Shown piece by piece: positions 1 to 11,935 of a stretch of 64,000 nt of DNA. Below the pieces are notes generated by a model, which saw nothing but the letters and a program-made list of their open reading frames with translations, was not told the origin of the DNA and ran no database searches. The position numbers and the translations under genes are program-made. Source of the stretch: a bacterium (GTDB lineage: Bacteria; UBA8248); NCBI GenBank assembly GCA_965213625.1, contig CBDBZU010000004.1, positions 2,368,001 through 2,432,000 of the forward strand, given 5' to 3'. Position 1 is the first letter of the stretch, and the number at the start of each line of letters is the position of its first letter.

Positions 1-206
1 TGCTCAACAACCTGCTCGACCATATTCACCATCTTCAGGAAGAGCAGGGAAAAACGGTGCTCATCGTCGAGCACGACATGAACGTCATCATGAATCATTG
101 CGAAAAAGTGTTCGTGCTCGACTACGGCGTGAAGATCGCCGAGGGTCTGCCCGAGAACATTCAGACGAACGAAGAAGTCATCGAAGCATATTTTGGACAC
201 AAATAA
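1..206 (+). CDS. livG: Branched-chain amino acid ABC transporter ATPase, C-terminal part (truncated by window edge)
   Basis: Frame from base 3 reads ...GKTVLIVEHDMNVIMNHCEKVFVLDYGVKIAEGLPENIQTNEEVIEAYFG; TAA 204-206 abuts livF ATG. Confidence 0.85.
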   Translation, partial: LNNLLDHIHHLQEEQGKTVLIVEHDMNVIMNHCEKVFVLDYGVKIAEGLPENIQTNEEVIEAYFGHK

Positions 207-920
207 ATGGCGTTATTAGACCTCAAGGATGTCAACGCGGCGTATGGCCGAATCCAGATACTCCACGACGTGTCGCTCCACGTGAACGAAAAAGAGGTGG
301 TGGCTGTCATCGGGCCGAACGGCGCGGGAAAATCCACGACCTTCAAAATCATCATGGGCTTCATTAACTATCTCGGCGGCGAGATAGAGTTCGACGGCCA
401 GAACATCGTAGGTTTCCGGCCCGATCAGATTCTGGGCCGAGGGCTGGGATACGTGCCGCAGGGCCGCATCGTTTTCAATCAGATGACGGTCAAGGAAAAC
501 CTGGAGATGGGCGCCTATATCGAACGCGATCAGAAGAAAATCGACGAGGCGATGGATTATGTTTTCACGCTCTTCCCGCGCCTCGGCGAGCGGCAGAAGC
601 AGTTGGGAGGCACGATGAGCGGCGGCGAGCAGCAGATGCTGGCGATGGGCCGCGCCCTGATGACGAGGCCCAAGATGATCATGCTCGACGAACCGTCCCT
701 CGGTTTGAGCCCCCGCTTCGTCACGGAAGTGTTCGAGAAAATCGTAAGCCTCGCGAAGGAAGGCCTGACCATCATGCTGGTCGAGCAGAACGCCGCGCGC
801 GCCCTGGAGATATCGGACCGCGGCTACGTGCTCGAACTCGGCAGGAACCGCTATCAGGGCGGCGGCCACGAACTCCTGAACAACCAGGAAGTCAAGATGA
901 TGTACCTGGGCGGCGGCTAG
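207..920 (+). CDS. livF: Branched-chain amino acid ABC transporter ATPase
   Basis: Walker A GPNGAGKST, signature MSGGEQQML, LDEPSLGL, VEQNA. Confidence 0.9.
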   Translation: MALLDLKDVNAAYGRIQILHDVSLHVNEKEVVAVIGPNGAGKSTTFKIIMGFINYLGGEIEFDGQNIVGFRPDQILGRGLGYVPQGRIVFNQMTVKENLEMGAYIERDQKKIDEAMDYVFTLFPRLGERQKQLGGTMSGGEQQMLAMGRALMTRPKMIMLDEPSLGLSPRFVTEVFEKIVSLAKEGLTIMLVEQNAARALEISDRGYVLELGRNRYQGGGHELLNNQEVKMMYLGGG

Positions 921-1099
921 CAGACCAACCCCTTCTTCACCTTGTAATTTCTTTTCTCCTAGCTTGAAAAGCCTCGCGCCCTCTGCTTGATTGAATCCTT
1001 TTCCCTCGTTCCTATATCATTTGGACTGCACCTTTGCGCTAGGCTTGCGCTTCGACTCTGTGCTATAAATGCTTGCTCTGCTCGGGAGGATTCCACGCC

Positions 1100-1750
1100 A
1101 TGATCCGCGTGAAGATTTGTGGGGTGACGACGGTAGAGGACGCGGAATTCGCACTTGATGTGGGGGCCGACGCCCTGGGGCTGAATTTTGTTCCGGGCAC
1201 TCCACGGTGTCTGGAAGTGGAGCAGGCGAGGGAGATTGGAGATGCGCTCCCGCCTTTCGGGACGCGGGTCGGCGTTTTCGTGAACGAGTCCCCCGAGCGC
1301 GTGATGGAAATCGCGCATCAAGTCGGGTTGGATGCGGCGCAGCTTCATGGAGATGAAACGCCTGAGGATTGCCGCTGGCTCATGGAGCGGGGTTTACGCG
1401 TCATCCGGGCTTTAAGGGTGAAAGGGCCCGAGACGGTAGCGCAGATAAACGACTTCCCCGGCTGCGCCATTTTGTTGGACGCCTACGTGAAAGGCGCGCT
1501 CGGAGGCACGGGCGAGACTTTCGATTGGGAGTTGGCCCGGCGGGCGGCCGAAGCGAGACCCATCATCCTCTCGGGCGGTCTTAAGCCCGAGAACGTGGGT
1601 GAAGCCGTGAGGAGCGTTCAGCCCTATGGGGTGGATTCGAGCAGCGGGGTGGAGGGCGCGGTTTTGGCCCGCAAAGACCCCGAGCGGGTCCTGGGATTCA
1701 TCGAAAACGCGCGAGCGGCGATAACAGAACTTGAGGAAATGAGAAGATGA
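1100..1750 (+). CDS. trpF: Phosphoribosylanthranilate isomerase
   Basis: [27 protein letters not shown]; GGAGG upstream of ATG 1100. Confidence 0.95.
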   Translation: MIRVKICGVTTVEDAEFALDVGADALGLNFVPGTPRCLEVEQAREIGDALPPFGTRVGVFVNESPERVMEIAHQVGLDAAQLHGDETPEDCRWLMERGLRVIRALRVKGPETVAQINDFPGCAILLDAYVKGALGGTGETFDWELARRAAEARPIILSGGLKPENVGEAVRSVQPYGVDSSSGVEGAVLARKDPERVLGFIENARAAITELEEMRR

Positions 1751-2964
1751 GCGAATTGGTCTCCAAGGGAAGGTTCGGTCGGTTCGGGGGGCGCTATGTG
1801 CCTGAAACCCTCATGCCCGCTCTTGATGAACTTGAGGTTGCTTACGAGGAAGCCCGCAGCGACCCAGCGTATAACGAAGAACTCGCCCAGTATCTCAGAG
1901 AATTCGTGGGCAGGCCCACACCGCTGTATCTGGCGGAGCGCCTCTCCGATCATTTGGGCGTACTCAGGGTTTATCTCAAGCGCGAGGATCTCTGCCACAC
2001 GGGCGCCCATAAGATTAACAACACGCTCGCCCAGGTCCTTCTGGCCAGGAGACTGGGGAAAACACGGATCATCGCGGAGACGGGAGCGGGTCAGCACGGA
2101 GTGGCCACGGCGACAGCGGCGGCGCTATTCGGCCTGGAATGCGACGTCTACATGGGCGAGGAGGACATCGGCAGGCAATCGCTCAACGTGTTCCGCATGC
2201 GCCTTCTGGGCGCGCGGGTGATTCCGGTCACCTCGGGCAGCAAGACCCTCAAGGACGCCACGAACGAGACGCTGCGCGACTGGACGGCTTCGGTGCGAAC
2301 GACCCACTACATCATCGGCTCGGTGGTGGGGCCGCATCCTTTTCCAGAGATGATACGCGATTTTCAGTCCGTCATCGGTCGTGAGGCGCGCGCACAGATA
2401 ATCGAGGCCGAAGGCCGGCTTCCCGACGTTTGTGTGGCCTGCGTGGGAGGCGGCAGCAATTCCATCGGCCTGTTCCATCCCTTCGTGGATGACGAAGACG
2501 TCGAACTCATCGGCGTGGAAGCAGGTGGCCGGGGTCTGGACACAGAGGAGCACGGCGCATCCCTGACCGCGGGGCGTGTGGGTGTTCTGCACGGATGCGA
2601 GACGTTCCTGCTCTATGACGACGATGGGCAAATCATCCCGGCGCATTCTGTGTCCGCGGGTCTCGATTATCCCGGCGTAGGGCCTGAGCATTCGTATTTC
2701 AAGGATTCCGGGCGTGCGCGCTACGTTACGGTTGAAGACCATGACGCGCTCAAGTCGTTTCAAAAGCTCTCCGTGCTGGAGGGCATCATCCCCGCGTTCG
2801 AGAGCGCCCACGCGATATCATATCTGGATCGCCTGGCCGAGGAGACGAGAGAGGCGGGCGAGATGAAGACCGTGGTGCTTTGCCTTTCGGGCCGGGGAGA
2901 CAAGGACGTGCATCAGGCGGAAGGGCTTTTGACGGAAATGCTCGATGACGAGGAAGTGCGCTGA
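1747..2964 (+). CDS. trpB: Tryptophan synthase beta chain
   Basis: [15 protein letters not shown] (PLP lysine), [30 protein letters not shown]. Confidence 0.97.
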   Translation: MSELVSKGRFGRFGGRYVPETLMPALDELEVAYEEARSDPAYNEELAQYLREFVGRPTPLYLAERLSDHLGVLRVYLKREDLCHTGAHKINNTLAQVLLARRLGKTRIIAETGAGQHGVATATAAALFGLECDVYMGEEDIGRQSLNVFRMRLLGARVIPVTSGSKTLKDATNETLRDWTASVRTTHYIIGSVVGPHPFPEMIRDFQSVIGREARAQIIEAEGRLPDVCVACVGGGSNSIGLFHPFVDDEDVELIGVEAGGRGLDTEEHGASLTAGRVGVLHGCETFLLYDDDGQIIPAHSVSAGLDYPGVGPEHSYFKDSGRARYVTVEDHDALKSFQKLSVLEGIIPAFESAHAISYLDRLAEETREAGEMKTVVLCLSGRGDKDVHQAEGLLTEMLDDEEVR

Positions 2965-3782
2965 TGGGCGATAGACTGGAAACGTGTTTCAACCGTTTGC
3001 GCACAGAGGGCCGGGCCGGTCTGTTCCCGTTCGTTACAGCGGGCGACCCTGACCTTAGCTTCACTCGTGAACTACTGCCCCTCATGACCGAGGCGGGAGC
3101 GGACGGCTTCGAAATAGGGGTCCCCTTCAGCGATCCCCTGGCGGACGGTCCTACCATCCAGCGCTCGAGCATGCGCTCGCTCGAGGGCGGAACCCGCCTG
3201 AGCGGCGTCCTGGAAATGGTGGGCGAGGTCCGTGCGGATATACCCGATACGCCTCTGGTCCTGATGACATATTACAACCCCATCATCGCCATGGGTCTGG
3301 CGGAGTTCGTACGCGGCGCATCGCAGGTGGGGGCCGACGCCGTCATCGTGCCTGACCTGCCGCCCGAAGAAGCGAGCGCTCTTGTCGAAATAATGAACGA
3401 CTATCCGCTCGAGCCCGTTTTCATGCTCGCGCCCACGAGCACGCAGGAGCGTATCGAGCTGGTGAACGACGTGGGTGGCGGCTTCATCTACTACGTCGGG
3501 CAGATGGGGGTGACCGGCGCACGCGACGCCCTGGATTCGGATTTGGGCGCCACCCTGACTAAGATCAACCGGGTGAAGGATCGGCCCGTACTCGTGGGGT
3601 TCGGCATCAAGACGCCCGAGCAGGCCGCGGAAGTGGCCGGCCATGCCGATGGCGTCATCGTGGGCAGCGCGCTGATAGATGTCATGGAGGCGCAAGCATC
3701 CCGCGATGGCAAGATGCGGTCGGCTTGTGATTACATCGCCTCTTTGCGGGAAGGTCTCGATCGCTCAAAAACGGTTTCTTGA
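2964..3782 (+). CDS. trpA: Tryptophan synthase alpha chain
   Basis: EIGVPFSDPLADGPTIQ, LMTYYNP, VGFGI, GVIVGSA. Confidence 0.97.
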   Translation: MGDRLETCFNRLRTEGRAGLFPFVTAGDPDLSFTRELLPLMTEAGADGFEIGVPFSDPLADGPTIQRSSMRSLEGGTRLSGVLEMVGEVRADIPDTPLVLMTYYNPIIAMGLAEFVRGASQVGADAVIVPDLPPEEASALVEIMNDYPLEPVFMLAPTSTQERIELVNDVGGGFIYYVGQMGVTGARDALDSDLGATLTKINRVKDRPVLVGFGIKTPEQAAEVAGHADGVIVGSALIDVMEAQASRDGKMRSACDYIASLREGLDRSKTVS

Positions 3783-3837
3783 TAATCAAACTCAACATGA
3801 TGCGTAAGAATCTGTAGATCATTTCGAGGGTAATGCC

Positions 3838-5244
3838 ATGTCGAAAAACACGCTGTACGATAAGGTTTGGGATTCCCACACCGTGGCCAAGCTCGATTCG
3901 GGCCAGGACCAGATATTCATCGGCCTGCATCTCATCCATGAGGTCACAACACCCCAGGCGTTCGGGATGCTCAAGGAAATCGGCGCCGGCGTCGCTTTCC
4001 CCGGCCGCACGATGGGGACCGTGGACCACATCATCCCCACGCTCAGCCAGATAAGGCCCTACGAGGACGAGCAAGCCGAGAAGATGATGGCCGCCCTGGA
4101 GCAGAACGTGAACGAGTTCGGCGTCCGCTTTCTGCATCTCGATTCCGGCAAGCAGGGCATCGTTCACGTCATCGGGCCGGAGTTGGGGCTCAGCCAGCCC
4201 GGCATGACCATCGCATGCGGCGACAGCCATACGAGTACGCACGGCGCGATGGGTTCTCTGGGCTTCGGCATCGGCACGACCGAGGTGGGCCACGTCCTGG
4301 CGACGCAGACCCTGGCGCTGAACCGCCTGAAGGTGAAGCGAATCGAGGTCACGGGCGCTCTCAGCCCCGGCGTGACGCCCAAGGACGTGACTTTGCGCGT
4401 CATCCACGATCAGGGCATCAAGGGCGGCCTGGGCTTCGCCTATGAATACGGAGGCGATGTTTTCGATGACATGTCGATGGAAGGGCGCATGACGGTCTGC
4501 AACATGAGCATCGAGGGCGGCGCCCGCATCGGCTATGTGAATCCGGACCAGACGACGTTCGATTATCTCGAAGGCCGCGAGTTCAGCCCCGAAGGAGAAG
4601 CATGGGAAAGAGGGCTGGCGTACTGGAAAGATATCGCCTCGGGCGATGACGCGGAATATGACGATGTCTACGAGATTGCGGGCGAGTCGATCGAACCGAT
4701 GGTCACCTGGGGTATCAACCCGGGGCATTCTGTCGGAATCTCGCAGCCACTTCCCGAGGTTGGCAGCTTCGCGGGCGAGGACAGGAATACGGCGGAACAC
4801 GGCTATGAATTCATGGCCCTCAAGCCGGGCGAGTCGATTCTGGGCACGAAGGTCGATGTCGCCTTCCTGGGTTCCTGCACGAATTCGAGAATCTCCGACT
4901 TGCGCGAGGGCGCGCAGCTGATAAAGGGCAACAAGGTGCACCCAGGGGTCAGGATGCTGGTGGTTCCCGGCTCCCAGCAGGTGAAGCAGCAGGCCGAGGA
5001 AGAGGGATTGCACGAAATTTTCACCGATGCGGGCGCCGAGTGGCGCGAAGCGGGATGCTCGATGTGTCTGGGCATGAACCCGGACAAGCTCGTGGGTGCG
5101 GAGAGAAGCATCTCCACTTCGAACCGCAATTTCATCGGGCGTCAGGGCAGTCCGCGCGGAAGAACACATCTGGGCAGTCCGGCCGTCGTCGTCTCATCGG
5201 CGATTGCGGGCTGCATCGCGGACCCCAGAGAAATGGGAGAATAA
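3838..5244 (+). CDS. leuC: 3-isopropylmalate dehydratase large subunit
   Basis: [47 protein letters not shown]. Confidence 0.96.
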   Translation: MSKNTLYDKVWDSHTVAKLDSGQDQIFIGLHLIHEVTTPQAFGMLKEIGAGVAFPGRTMGTVDHIIPTLSQIRPYEDEQAEKMMAALEQNVNEFGVRFLHLDSGKQGIVHVIGPELGLSQPGMTIACGDSHTSTHGAMGSLGFGIGTTEVGHVLATQTLALNRLKVKRIEVTGALSPGVTPKDVTLRVIHDQGIKGGLGFAYEYGGDVFDDMSMEGRMTVCNMSIEGGARIGYVNPDQTTFDYLEGREFSPEGEAWERGLAYWKDIASGDDAEYDDVYEIAGESIEPMVTWGINPGHSVGISQPLPEVGSFAGEDRNTAEHGYEFMALKPGESILGTKVDVAFLGSCTNSRISDLREGAQLIKGNKVHPGVRMLVVPGSQQVKQQAEEEGLHEIFTDAGAEWREAGCSMCLGMNPDKLVGAERSISTSNRNFIGRQGSPRGRTHLGSPAVVVSSAIAGCIADPREMGE

Positions 5245-5246
5245 GC

Positions 5247-5852
5247 ATGAGCACGAAAAAAATCGAAAAAATCGTCGGCAAGGCCATACCCATGCCGCGC
5301 GACGACATCGATACCGATAGGATAACGCCGGCGCGGTTTCTCAAGTCCATTACCTTCGAGGGCATCGAGAAGGCCCTGTTCTGCGATGAACGCGAGAACA
5401 CGCCCGATCACCCCGTCGACAACCCCGCCCACAAAGGGGCCAACATGATGTTCGTGGGCAAGAACTTCGGTTCGGGCTCCTCGCGCGAACACGCTCCGCA
5501 GGCCCTAAAACGCTTCGGCATCGACGTGCTTGTCGGGGTATCGTTCGCCGAAATTTTTGCAGGCAACTGCTTCGCCATCGGTGTGCCGCTGGGCGTGGCT
5601 TCTTCGGATGACGTGAATGAGCTGATCGAAAAGGCGCAGGAAGAGCCGGAGACGCGCTTCACCGTGGACATCAGGAAATCCACTGTCAGCTTCGGCGATC
5701 GCGTCATACCAATCGACATTCAGGAGACGCGTAAAGCTGCGTTTCTGGCCGGCACTTGGGACATGCTCGCCAATTTGAGAAGCAATCTGCCCCAGGTCGA
5801 GGAGGTGGCGCAGCATCTACCCTACGTCACGAATTTCGAGGGTGAAGCGTAA
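5247..5852 (+). CDS. leuD: 3-isopropylmalate dehydratase small subunit
   Basis: DIDTDRITPARFL, NFGSGSSREHAPQAL, SFAEIF; ATG 5247 just after leuC stop. Confidence 0.95.
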   Translation: MSTKKIEKIVGKAIPMPRDDIDTDRITPARFLKSITFEGIEKALFCDERENTPDHPVDNPAHKGANMMFVGKNFGSGSSREHAPQALKRFGIDVLVGVSFAEIFAGNCFAIGVPLGVASSDDVNELIEKAQEEPETRFTVDIRKSTVSFGDRVIPIDIQETRKAAFLAGTWDMLANLRSNLPQVEEVAQHLPYVTNFEGEA

Positions 5853-5870
5853 TAAGGAGAGGAGTCTTCA

Positions 5871-6959
5871 GTGAGTAGTTATCGGATAGCCGTTTTGCCG
5901 GGCGACGGCATCGGCCAGGAGGTGGTGGCGCAGGCGTGCTCTGTCCTGGAGGCGGCGGGCAATCGTTTCGGTGTGGGTTTCGAGTACGAAGAAGGGCTTT
6001 GCGGCGGTGCGGCTTATGACGCTACGGGAGAACCCCTTCCCGAGGAAACACTCGCCCTCTGCCGCCGGAGCGATGCCGGGCTGTTCGGCGCAGTGGGAGG
6101 TCCGAAATGGGATGAACTCTCGCGCGACAAACGCCCCGAGCAAGCCATCCTGGGTTTGCGGAAAGAGTTGAACCTCTTCGCCAATCTAAGGCCCGCTGTG
6201 ATGTTCGACCCATTGGTGGAAGCATCTTCGCTCAAGCCCGAGGTCGTTCGCGGCCTCGACATGCTCGTAGTGCGCGAGGGCGTGAGCGGCATATATTTCG
6301 GCCAGCCGAGGGGTATCGAGCGGCTATCGCCTGATGAGGAAAAAGCGGTCGACACGATGACGTATACCACGGGCGAGATTCGCCAGATCGTTCGGCTCGC
6401 GTTCGAGTTGGCCTCCGTGCGCGGGAAGAAGCTCTGCTCGGTGGACAAGGAAAACGTACTCGACAACAGCCGCTTGTGGCGCAGGGTCGCTGCAGACGTC
6501 GCCGGGGAATTCCCCGAAATTGAAACCAGCCACATGTACGTGGATAACGCGGCGATGCAGTTGATTCGCGACCCGCTCCAATTCGACGTCATCGTCACGG
6601 GCAACATGTTCGGCGACATACTGAGCGATTGCGCCTCCATGCTCACCGGTTCCATCGGCATGCTCGCATCGGCGAACCTGAACGAGACCGGTTTCGGCTT
6701 GTATGAGCCGGTGCACGGCACCGCGCCCGATATCGCCGGCCAGAACAAGGCGAACCCGATTGCGGCCATCATGTCGGCCGCGATGCTGTGCCGCTATTCG
6801 CTCAAGCGCGTGGACGTGGCCGAAGTTATCGAGGCGGCAGTCGCCGCGGCGCTCGATGAGGGTCTCAGAACGCCCGACATCCATACACCCAGCGCAACGG
6901 CGGTGGGTTGTGAAGAGATGGGCGCGAGAGTCGCCGCTCTGGCGGGAGGAGCGTCGTAA
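5871..6959 (+). CDS. leuB: 3-isopropylmalate dehydrogenase
   Basis: LPGDGIGQEV, NLRP, DKENVL, NMFGDILSD, YEPVHGTAPDIAG. Confidence 0.96.
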   Translation: MSSYRIAVLPGDGIGQEVVAQACSVLEAAGNRFGVGFEYEEGLCGGAAYDATGEPLPEETLALCRRSDAGLFGAVGGPKWDELSRDKRPEQAILGLRKELNLFANLRPAVMFDPLVEASSLKPEVVRGLDMLVVREGVSGIYFGQPRGIERLSPDEEKAVDTMTYTTGEIRQIVRLAFELASVRGKKLCSVDKENVLDNSRLWRRVAADVAGEFPEIETSHMYVDNAAMQLIRDPLQFDVIVTGNMFGDILSDCASMLTGSIGMLASANLNETGFGLYEPVHGTAPDIAGQNKANPIAAIMSAAMLCRYSLKRVDVAEVIEAAVAAALDEGLRTPDIHTPSATAVGCEEMGARVAALAGGAS

Positions 6960-7969
6960 TGCGCGTCGCCGTCGCAGGCGCCACGGGCGCTGTGGGCCGT
7001 GAGATGCTCCGGATTCTGGAGGAACGGAAGTTTCCCTCTGAAGAAGTCGTTTTGCTTGCGAGCGAGCGCAGCGTGGGCCATAAAATTCCGTTTCGGGACT
7101 CGGAACTCACGGTAAGCCAACTTACCGAAGATGCCTTCAAGGGCGTTGATCTCGCTCTTTTCTCCTGCGGCGCTACCCGCTCACTCGAGTTCGTGCCCGC
7201 GGCTGTCAAGGCGGGGGCGGTGGTGGTGGATAATTCCAGCGCATTCCGCATGGATGAGGATGTTCCCCTCGTGGTGCCGGAGGTGAACCCGGATGCGATG
7301 GCCGCGCACCAGGGGGTCATCGCCAACCCGAACTGTTCCACCATCCAGCTCGTGGTGGCGCTCAAGCCACTTCACGACGCCGCTCGCATCAAGCGGATCG
7401 TGGTGAGCACCTACCAGGCCGTGAGTGGGGCCGGACAGGCCGCCATAGACGAGATGCAGGCGCAAGTCGAGGGCGACGCTGCGTCGCCAGAGAAAATGCC
7501 CCATGAGATCGCCTTCAACTGCCTGCCCCATATCGACGTTTTTCTCGAAGGCGGGCATACGAAAGAAGAAAAGAAGATGGTTGACGAGACGCGAAAGATT
7601 ATGGACGCGCCTCACCTGGCCGTCAGCGCCACCTGTGTGCGGGTGCCCGTTTACAACGCGCACTCCGAATCTGTAAACGTGGAGCTTGAAGACACCATCT
7701 CGCCGGATGAAGCGCGATCGTTGCTCTCCCGCGCGCCGGGCGTGGAGGTGGTGGATGACGTAGAATCATTCTCCTATCCCATGCCCAAGGACGCAGACGG
7801 GGAGGATTCGGTGTATGTGGGCCGCATCCGCCGGGACGATTCCCGCGAAAATTCGCTCAACCTGTGGGTGGTGGCGGATAATCTGAGGAAAGGCGCTGCG
7901 CTCAACGCGGTGCAGATAGCCGAAACCTTGATCGAGAAGGGAATGCTCCGGGCCACCCCGGTGAAATGA
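6959..7969 (+). CDS. asd: Aspartate-semialdehyde dehydrogenase
   Basis: GATGAVG, DNSSAFR, ANPNCSTIQ, TCVRVPV..HSE, DNLRKGAALNAVQIAE. Confidence 0.96.
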   Translation: MRVAVAGATGAVGREMLRILEERKFPSEEVVLLASERSVGHKIPFRDSELTVSQLTEDAFKGVDLALFSCGATRSLEFVPAAVKAGAVVVDNSSAFRMDEDVPLVVPEVNPDAMAAHQGVIANPNCSTIQLVVALKPLHDAARIKRIVVSTYQAVSGAGQAAIDEMQAQVEGDAASPEKMPHEIAFNCLPHIDVFLEGGHTKEEKKMVDETRKIMDAPHLAVSATCVRVPVYNAHSESVNVELEDTISPDEARSLLSRAPGVEVVDDVESFSYPMPKDADGEDSVYVGRIRRDDSRENSLNLWVVADNLRKGAALNAVQIAETLIEKGMLRATPVK

Positions 7970-7989
7970 TTGCGAACGAGGTTATCTAA

Positions 7990-8843
7990 GTGTCTGATGT
8001 GAATATCGGAGTCATCGGCGGCAGTGGCCTTTACGAGATGGCGGAGTTGAGCGAGGTCGAAGAACGCGCGCTCGATACGCCCTATGGCGCGCCCTCGGCC
8101 CCCTATATCCTGGGGACGCTCTCCGGCAAGCGAATGGCGTTTCTGCCCCGGCACGGGCGAGGGCACGTATTTCTGCCGCATGAGATTCCCTTCCGGGCCA
8201 ATATCCACGGGTTCAAGCAGTTGGGTGTGGAATGGCTCATATCCGTCAGTGCGGTGGGCAGCCTGAAAGAAGGCATCCATCCGGGCGACATCGTGATTCC
8301 CGACCAGTTTATCGATCTCACGAAAACGCGTGTGAGTACGTTTTTCGGCGATGGCGTCGTGGCGCATGTCTCGATGGCGGACCCGGTATGCGGTGTATTG
8401 AGCGAGGTGCTGATGGGCGCGGCCTTACGTGCGGGCGCTACGGCGCACAGGGGCGGCACGTACGTGTGCATGGAAGGCCCCCAGTTCAGCAGCCGGGCGG
8501 AGAGTTTCCGCTACCGCGATTGGGGCGCTTCGGTCATCGGGATGACGAACATGCCCGAAGCCAAGCTCGCGCGCGAGGCGGAGATGAGCTACGCCACCAT
8601 CGCGCTGGCGACGGACTATGACTGTTGGCATGAGGAAGAAGAGGCGGTGAGCGTTGAGGCCGTGATAGCTCTCGTGAGAAGCAATGCGGCCCTCGCGCAG
8701 GAGATAATCAAGGAAGCGGTTCCCCAGATCGGTGGCGAGAGCCCATTCGCAGGCTCATTGGCGACGGCTCTCATGACCGATCCTGCACGAATGCCGAACG
8801 AGACGAAAGAACGTCTCCGGCACCTGATTGGGAAATACATAGC

Positions 8844-8847
<4 letters not shown>
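7990..8847 (+). CDS. mtnP: S-methyl-5'-thioadenosine phosphorylase
   Basis: GVIGGSG, RHGRGH, EGPQFSSRAES, GMTNMPEAKLAREAE, TDYDCW. Confidence 0.9.
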
Positions 8848-10127
<1,280 letters not shown>

Positions 10128-10162
10128 TCAAAGCAGTTCGCGCGTCTCGGAGCCTGAGCGCG

Positions 10163-10486
10163 ATGAGTAAAGCAGGACGATCATCCACCACGGGCCAATC
10201 GCCTAAAGCCAGACTTTTCTTCTGGCTCTCTGCGGGAATCATTATATTGCTGCTGGGTTCGGCATGGCTTGGTCAGGACGGGTATCTCGCCGTCATCGTG
10301 AACAAAGAGCGCGTGTCAAAGCTCCAAAGAGAAAACGCGGAAATCGAGGCGAGGAACAAGGAGTTGCGATCGGAAATTCGTTCTTTGCGCTCCGATAAGC
10401 AGGCGATCGAGAAAATCGCGCGCGAAGACTTAGGGCTCGTCAAGAAAGGGGAAGTCGTCTATGAGTTCATCCCTTCTAAAAAATGA
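10163..10486 (+). CDS. Septum formation initiator (FtsB/DivIC family)
   Basis: Single TM helix, then coiled coil and IEKIAREDLGLVKKGE motif. Confidence 0.8.
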   Translation: MSKAGRSSTTGQSPKARLFFWLSAGIIILLLGSAWLGQDGYLAVIVNKERVSKLQRENAEIEARNKELRSEIRSLRSDKQAIEKIAREDLGLVKKGEVVYEFIPSKK

Positions 10487-10550
10487 TTCAATGTCGGTTC
10501 CTGAATCCCAATCGAACTTCCCTGGTGTATCTCAAACATACTCCCTCTCC

Positions 10551-10579
10551 TTGACAGAATGTCTATGCGGGAGTAGATA
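10551..10579 (+). promoter_or_regulatory. Candidate sigma70 promoter for the tRNA
   Basis: Perfect TTGACA at 10551, 17-bp spacer, weak -10 (TAGATA), 11 bp before the tRNA. Confidence 0.4.
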
Positions 10580-10590
10580 ACACTTATTGA

Positions 10591-10667
<77 letters not shown>

Positions 10668-10669
10668 AG

Positions 10670-10701
10670 AAAAAATGGCCGCGGAGTCTCCGCGGCTTTT
10701 T
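10670..10701 (+). terminator. Rho-independent terminator after the tRNA
   Basis: GCCGCGGA-GTC-TCCGCGGC followed by TTTTT and preceded by an A run. Confidence 0.8.
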
Positions 10702-10762
10702 ACTTGCCGGATACATTCACGAAGTCATAGAGACGGAATGTTCAAGAGTGAAAGGGACAGGA

Positions 10763-11893
10763 ATGGCGGATAAAAAAGAACTGGGGTTGGCCATCGTAGG
10801 CTGCGGGGTCGTGGGGCGCATGCGGGGCGCATTGGCCAAAGATTTCCCCGGAATCGGCTGGATCGGCCTCTCCGATATGAACGAGAAGGTCGGCAATAAT
10901 CTCAAAGATGACATCGGGGCCGATTATTTCACCACCGATTTCAAGGAACTCCTCGCCAGGCCCGAGGTGGATGCGGCAATCATCGCCACGTCGACCTGGG
11001 CGCACGTCGAACCCACGCTCGCAGCGGCGGAGCGCGGCCTGCCCATGCTGATCGAAAAACCGCTCGCTACGGACGCGCGCGAGTCGGCCTCAGTTCTCGA
11101 GGCGATAGAATCGGCCGGCGTAGACGCCGTGGTCGGCTACACCCAGCGTTTTCGCAGGCGTTTCCTGGCCGTGAAGGACCGCGTCGATAACGGCCAGATC
11201 GGCGATGTCACGGCGGCGGTCACGCGCGCCTTCATGAACCGCATGGCGCCGACAGGTGAAGTGCGGCTTTCCCAGGATCGCCGGTTTCTGACGCCCATGG
11301 TGATTTCGGGCACCCACAGTCTCGATATGTGTCTGTGGCTGATGGGCGACGCCAAGCCCGTCTCCATATTCGCGCGCTCGACCGAGGGGATATTGAGCGA
11401 TCTCGGGACCAAGGACGCCACCTTCGGCGTGTTCACAATGGACAGCGGCGCCATCTGGAGCATGAACATCTGCTGGGCGCTGCCCAAGGAATGGCCCGGC
11501 GCTGTGTATGGGCTCGAGATCGGCATCGTGGGCACCAAAGGTGTAGTGGACATCGAGGACACGCACCGCGACGTGGTGATGGCGTCTGAATTCTCGCAGG
11601 GGCCCGCCTATAATCCGGATGATTTCGAACTGGAAGCGCGGCGCAACGTCGAATTTCTCACAAGCTTCCCCCCGGGCGACATGTATGAGGGGGAACTCTG
11701 GGGGCCGATGCGCGAGGAGACCAACTCCTGGTTCCAGCGCATCTATTCGGACAAGAGTACGCCCCATGCGACCGCCGCCGAGGGGCACCGCAACCTCATG
11801 CTGACCATGGCGATGGACCTCTCGGCCAAGCGCGGCGAGGAGTTGAAGTTGCCAATCAGTCCTGCGGAACTGATGGCGGGTCTCGAGGCGTAG
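10763..11893 (+). CDS. Gfo/Idh/MocA family oxidoreductase
   Basis: GCGVVG Rossmann, IEKPLA, VGYTQRF, GTHSLD. Confidence 0.88.
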   Translation: MADKKELGLAIVGCGVVGRMRGALAKDFPGIGWIGLSDMNEKVGNNLKDDIGADYFTTDFKELLARPEVDAAIIATSTWAHVEPTLAAAERGLPMLIEKPLATDARESASVLEAIESAGVDAVVGYTQRFRRRFLAVKDRVDNGQIGDVTAAVTRAFMNRMAPTGEVRLSQDRRFLTPMVISGTHSLDMCLWLMGDAKPVSIFARSTEGILSDLGTKDATFGVFTMDSGAIWSMNICWALPKEWPGAVYGLEIGIVGTKGVVDIEDTHRDVVMASEFSQGPAYNPDDFELEARRNVEFLTSFPPGDMYEGELWGPMREETNSWFQRIYSDKSTPHATAAEGHRNLMLTMAMDLSAKRGEELKLPISPAELMAGLEA

Positions 11894-11935
11894 GGACGTT
11901 CAAGAGATATTTTAGGCGCGGAGTAGGGCGGATAC

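Noticed and set aside
3682-5169. Long antisense ORFs (also 22517-23809, 28151-29500, 60079-61551, 62308-63822)
   Set aside because: They are shadow frames of well-supported genes in high-GC DNA.
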